In this document: one piece after another, positions 61,706-64,000 of the stretch
Layout of the letters: each line of letters opens with the position of its first letter
Position numbering within the stretch: the stretch's first letter is position 1
From: the human T2T-CHM13v2.0 reference genome, Homo sapiens
DNA length: 64,000 nucleotides
Strand: one strand, 5' to 3'
NCBI RefSeq assembly: GCF_009914755.1
Contig: NC_060936.1
Notes under the pieces: model-generated
Told to the model about the DNA's origin: nothing
Seen by the model: the letters and a program-made list of their open reading frames with translations, nothing else
The model's database searches: none
Position numbers and translations under genes: made by a program

Positions 61706-62003
61706 TTTTTTTTTTCTTTTTAGAGACAAGGTCTCACTCTGTGGCCCAAGTTGAAGTGTAGTGGCATGATCATAGTTTACTGTAGCCTCAAACTCCTGGG
61801 CTCAAGTGATCCTCCCACTTTAGCCTCCTGAATAGCTGGCATTACAGGCATGCACCACCACACATGGCCAATTTTTAAATTTTTTGTAGAGATAGGGTCT
61901 CACTATGTTGCCCAGGCTGGTCTTGAACTCCTGGCCTCAAGCAATCCTCCTGCCTTGGTCTGCCAAAGTACTGAGATTTCAGGTATGAGCCACATGCCTG
62001 GCC
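61706..62003 (-). mobile_element. AluJ
   Basis: gatcatagtttactgtagcctcaaactcctgggctcaagtgatcc. Confidence 0.93.
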
Positions 62004-63049
62004 ATACCTCCAAATTTTGACTTTGGTTGTTACACTTATATAATAGACTGATTTTTTGATAACTTTTTAAATGTTGCTTCATATGTTTTCCAAGTTCTCT
62101 GTTAATCACATATTTCTTTTGCAGCTAGGGGAAAGATTAGCAAAGAAAACTGTGGTGATATTTAAATTACAGATCACACTAAACAATGATTAAAGAGTTT
62201 ACAGAAAAATGTGTTTGTCTTAACCTGGTTTCTAAAAGGGTAACGATGCCTTCTAACTCTGCCTCAATCTTATAAAGCTATTGGGAAAGCTAAATGCTTC
62301 CATTTTCTTGCTCAGCCAGCTTCCTTTTCTGGACTTGCTTAATTTGGGCATTTCTCTGAGCTTCAAAATCTTGGAGTCGTTCTTCATTCCTTTCTCTGTT
62401 TTCTGTATGGAGTCACTCACTGACATCTCTCACTAATCCTTCCTCCATCTCTCACACAGCTCTTTTCCATTCTAATTCCATATCCCTCCTGGTTTATGCT
62501 TGATCAGTTCACATCTGAACCATGGAGACATCTCACTGAGTCTTCGTGCCTGCCAAGACTGTCCCTCTATTTACACATCTCCCATCTTCACCTCACATCC
62601 TTCAGGTGATACCTCTTTAGAATATTCAACCACTCTCTTCCTTGTTGCTCTCACCTGCTATGTTCCCAATTCCATGCCTATGCTCTTGACACTGCTCCTT
62701 GCAAAAATATCCAAGTTCTACTCCTCTTTCCCACTTAACCCCACCTCCACATGTTATGGTCTCTTCTTCATCCCTTTGTATATCCAATCATTCTTTCAGT
62801 ACATATTTCAAAACTATGTACTGTATACCAGATACTGGACTAGGCACAGGGAATACTGTGCTTAACTTGGGCACAGGCCTTCTTTATTATTTTCCAAATT
62901 AGTGATGGACCACAATCAAAGGATTATGAAACTCAAGTTCAGAACATTATCTGCCTTAACAATAATTTATCACATCCTCCAATGACCACAGAAATCCTTT
63001 AAGAGCTCCTCATCTCTCTGCTTCCCTCTGACTTAGTCTCAAGAAATCT

Positions 63050-64000
63050 TTCTTGTATTCAACAGTTAATATGTGCCTGTGTACAAGGCTTTATGCTAGA
63101 TGCTAGAAATTGAGAGGTGAATAAAATCTGCTTCTTACAGAGAGCTCCAAGATTAACAAGGATGGAAGACAGGAAAAGATATACAATAGTGAGTAAAAGG
63201 TACTCTGATAGAAATGTACAGATTCGACTGGAGAATTCTACTTGGGAAGAGCAAGGAATGCTTCACAGATGAGGTCATGCTTGAGCTGATAACAGGTAGA
63301 AAAGGTGGGGACAGTATTTTAAGCAGCTGGAATAGTATTGCAAAGGCACAAGGCATTAAATGGCACAGCTTGTCAGGAAGCCACAAGTACTTCAATATGA
63401 CCCAAGTACACGAGGCTGGAGAGTTGGGCTGGGGCCAGATCGTTTTTTCCCTTGTTTTACATTCGAGGGAATGAGTAAACGCTGAAGAATTTTAAGCGAT
63501 GAAGTAACATGATTATATTTATATTTCAAAAAGTACCTCTGGTGGCTATATGGAAAATAGGGAGTGTGAGGGATGGGGCCCAGCTTAGGCAAAAAGTCAA
63601 AAGACAGAAGGCTGTTTTTAAAATCCAAGGAAGTTACGTGAATCAGGCAAGTAATGAAGTAGAGGAGTGGTGGCTAGGGTGAAGAGAAGGAAATAGTTTG
63701 GAGAGCTATCGGAGAGGTAAAATCAACAGGACTTATCTACTATTGGGTTTTAGAAGTTGAGGAAGAGGTAAACAATGACCTCTGAGTTTCTGGCTTGGGT
63801 TATACATATTCTAAGCAGAAAATACAGGTATTGTATACTAAAGGAGCAGGGTGAGCAGGGTATATAATAAGTTTAAGTTGCCTGTTAGGCATTGAGGTAG
63901 AAGGTCTTGGAGACTGTTAGATACACATGTCTCAAGTTCAGGATTTTGTTTGGGTTAGAATTAGAGATTTGGGAGTCAGAATACAGATAATGGATCAAAA
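63050..64000 (-). mobile_element. L2
   Basis: tattcaacagttaatatgtgcctgtgtacaagg...ggaggtaaaatcaacaggact...gatttgggagtcag. Confidence 0.85.

Overview
Primate, most likely human, non-coding genomic DNA (intronic or intergenic), AT-rich and dominated by repeats. The human call rests on a near-consensus AluYa4/5-type insertion. I count 33 Alu/FLAM/FRAM copies, several L1/HAL1, L2 and MIR fragments, solo LTRs (THE1, MST, MLT1, LTR16, LTR33, MER34-like and another ERV1-type) and hAT DNA-transposon relics. I can support no protein-coding gene, tRNA, rRNA or CRISPR array. Nearly all ORFs in the track are Alu/L1/LTR read-throughs or chance ORFs. The first ~250 bp look like the edge of a CpG island. 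The most notable reads are: (1) a decayed Ty3/gypsy (sushi-like) RT/RNase H fossil at ~49.8-51.4 kb, split by an Alu and an MLT1 LTR; (2) a CR1/L3 reverse-transcriptase fossil at ~3.9-4.6 kb; (3) a very young AluYa-type insertion forming a tail-to-tail inverted pair with an AluJ that carries a G-quadruplex expansion; (4) an AluJ>AluS>THE1 insertion stack dated by its TSDs; (5) a template-switch fold-back inside an Alu monomer; (6) an RFX/AP-1/ETS motif cluster inside an L2. I see no evidence for a complete new functional system. Subfamily names come from recalled consensus features and need RepeatMasker/Dfam confirmation.
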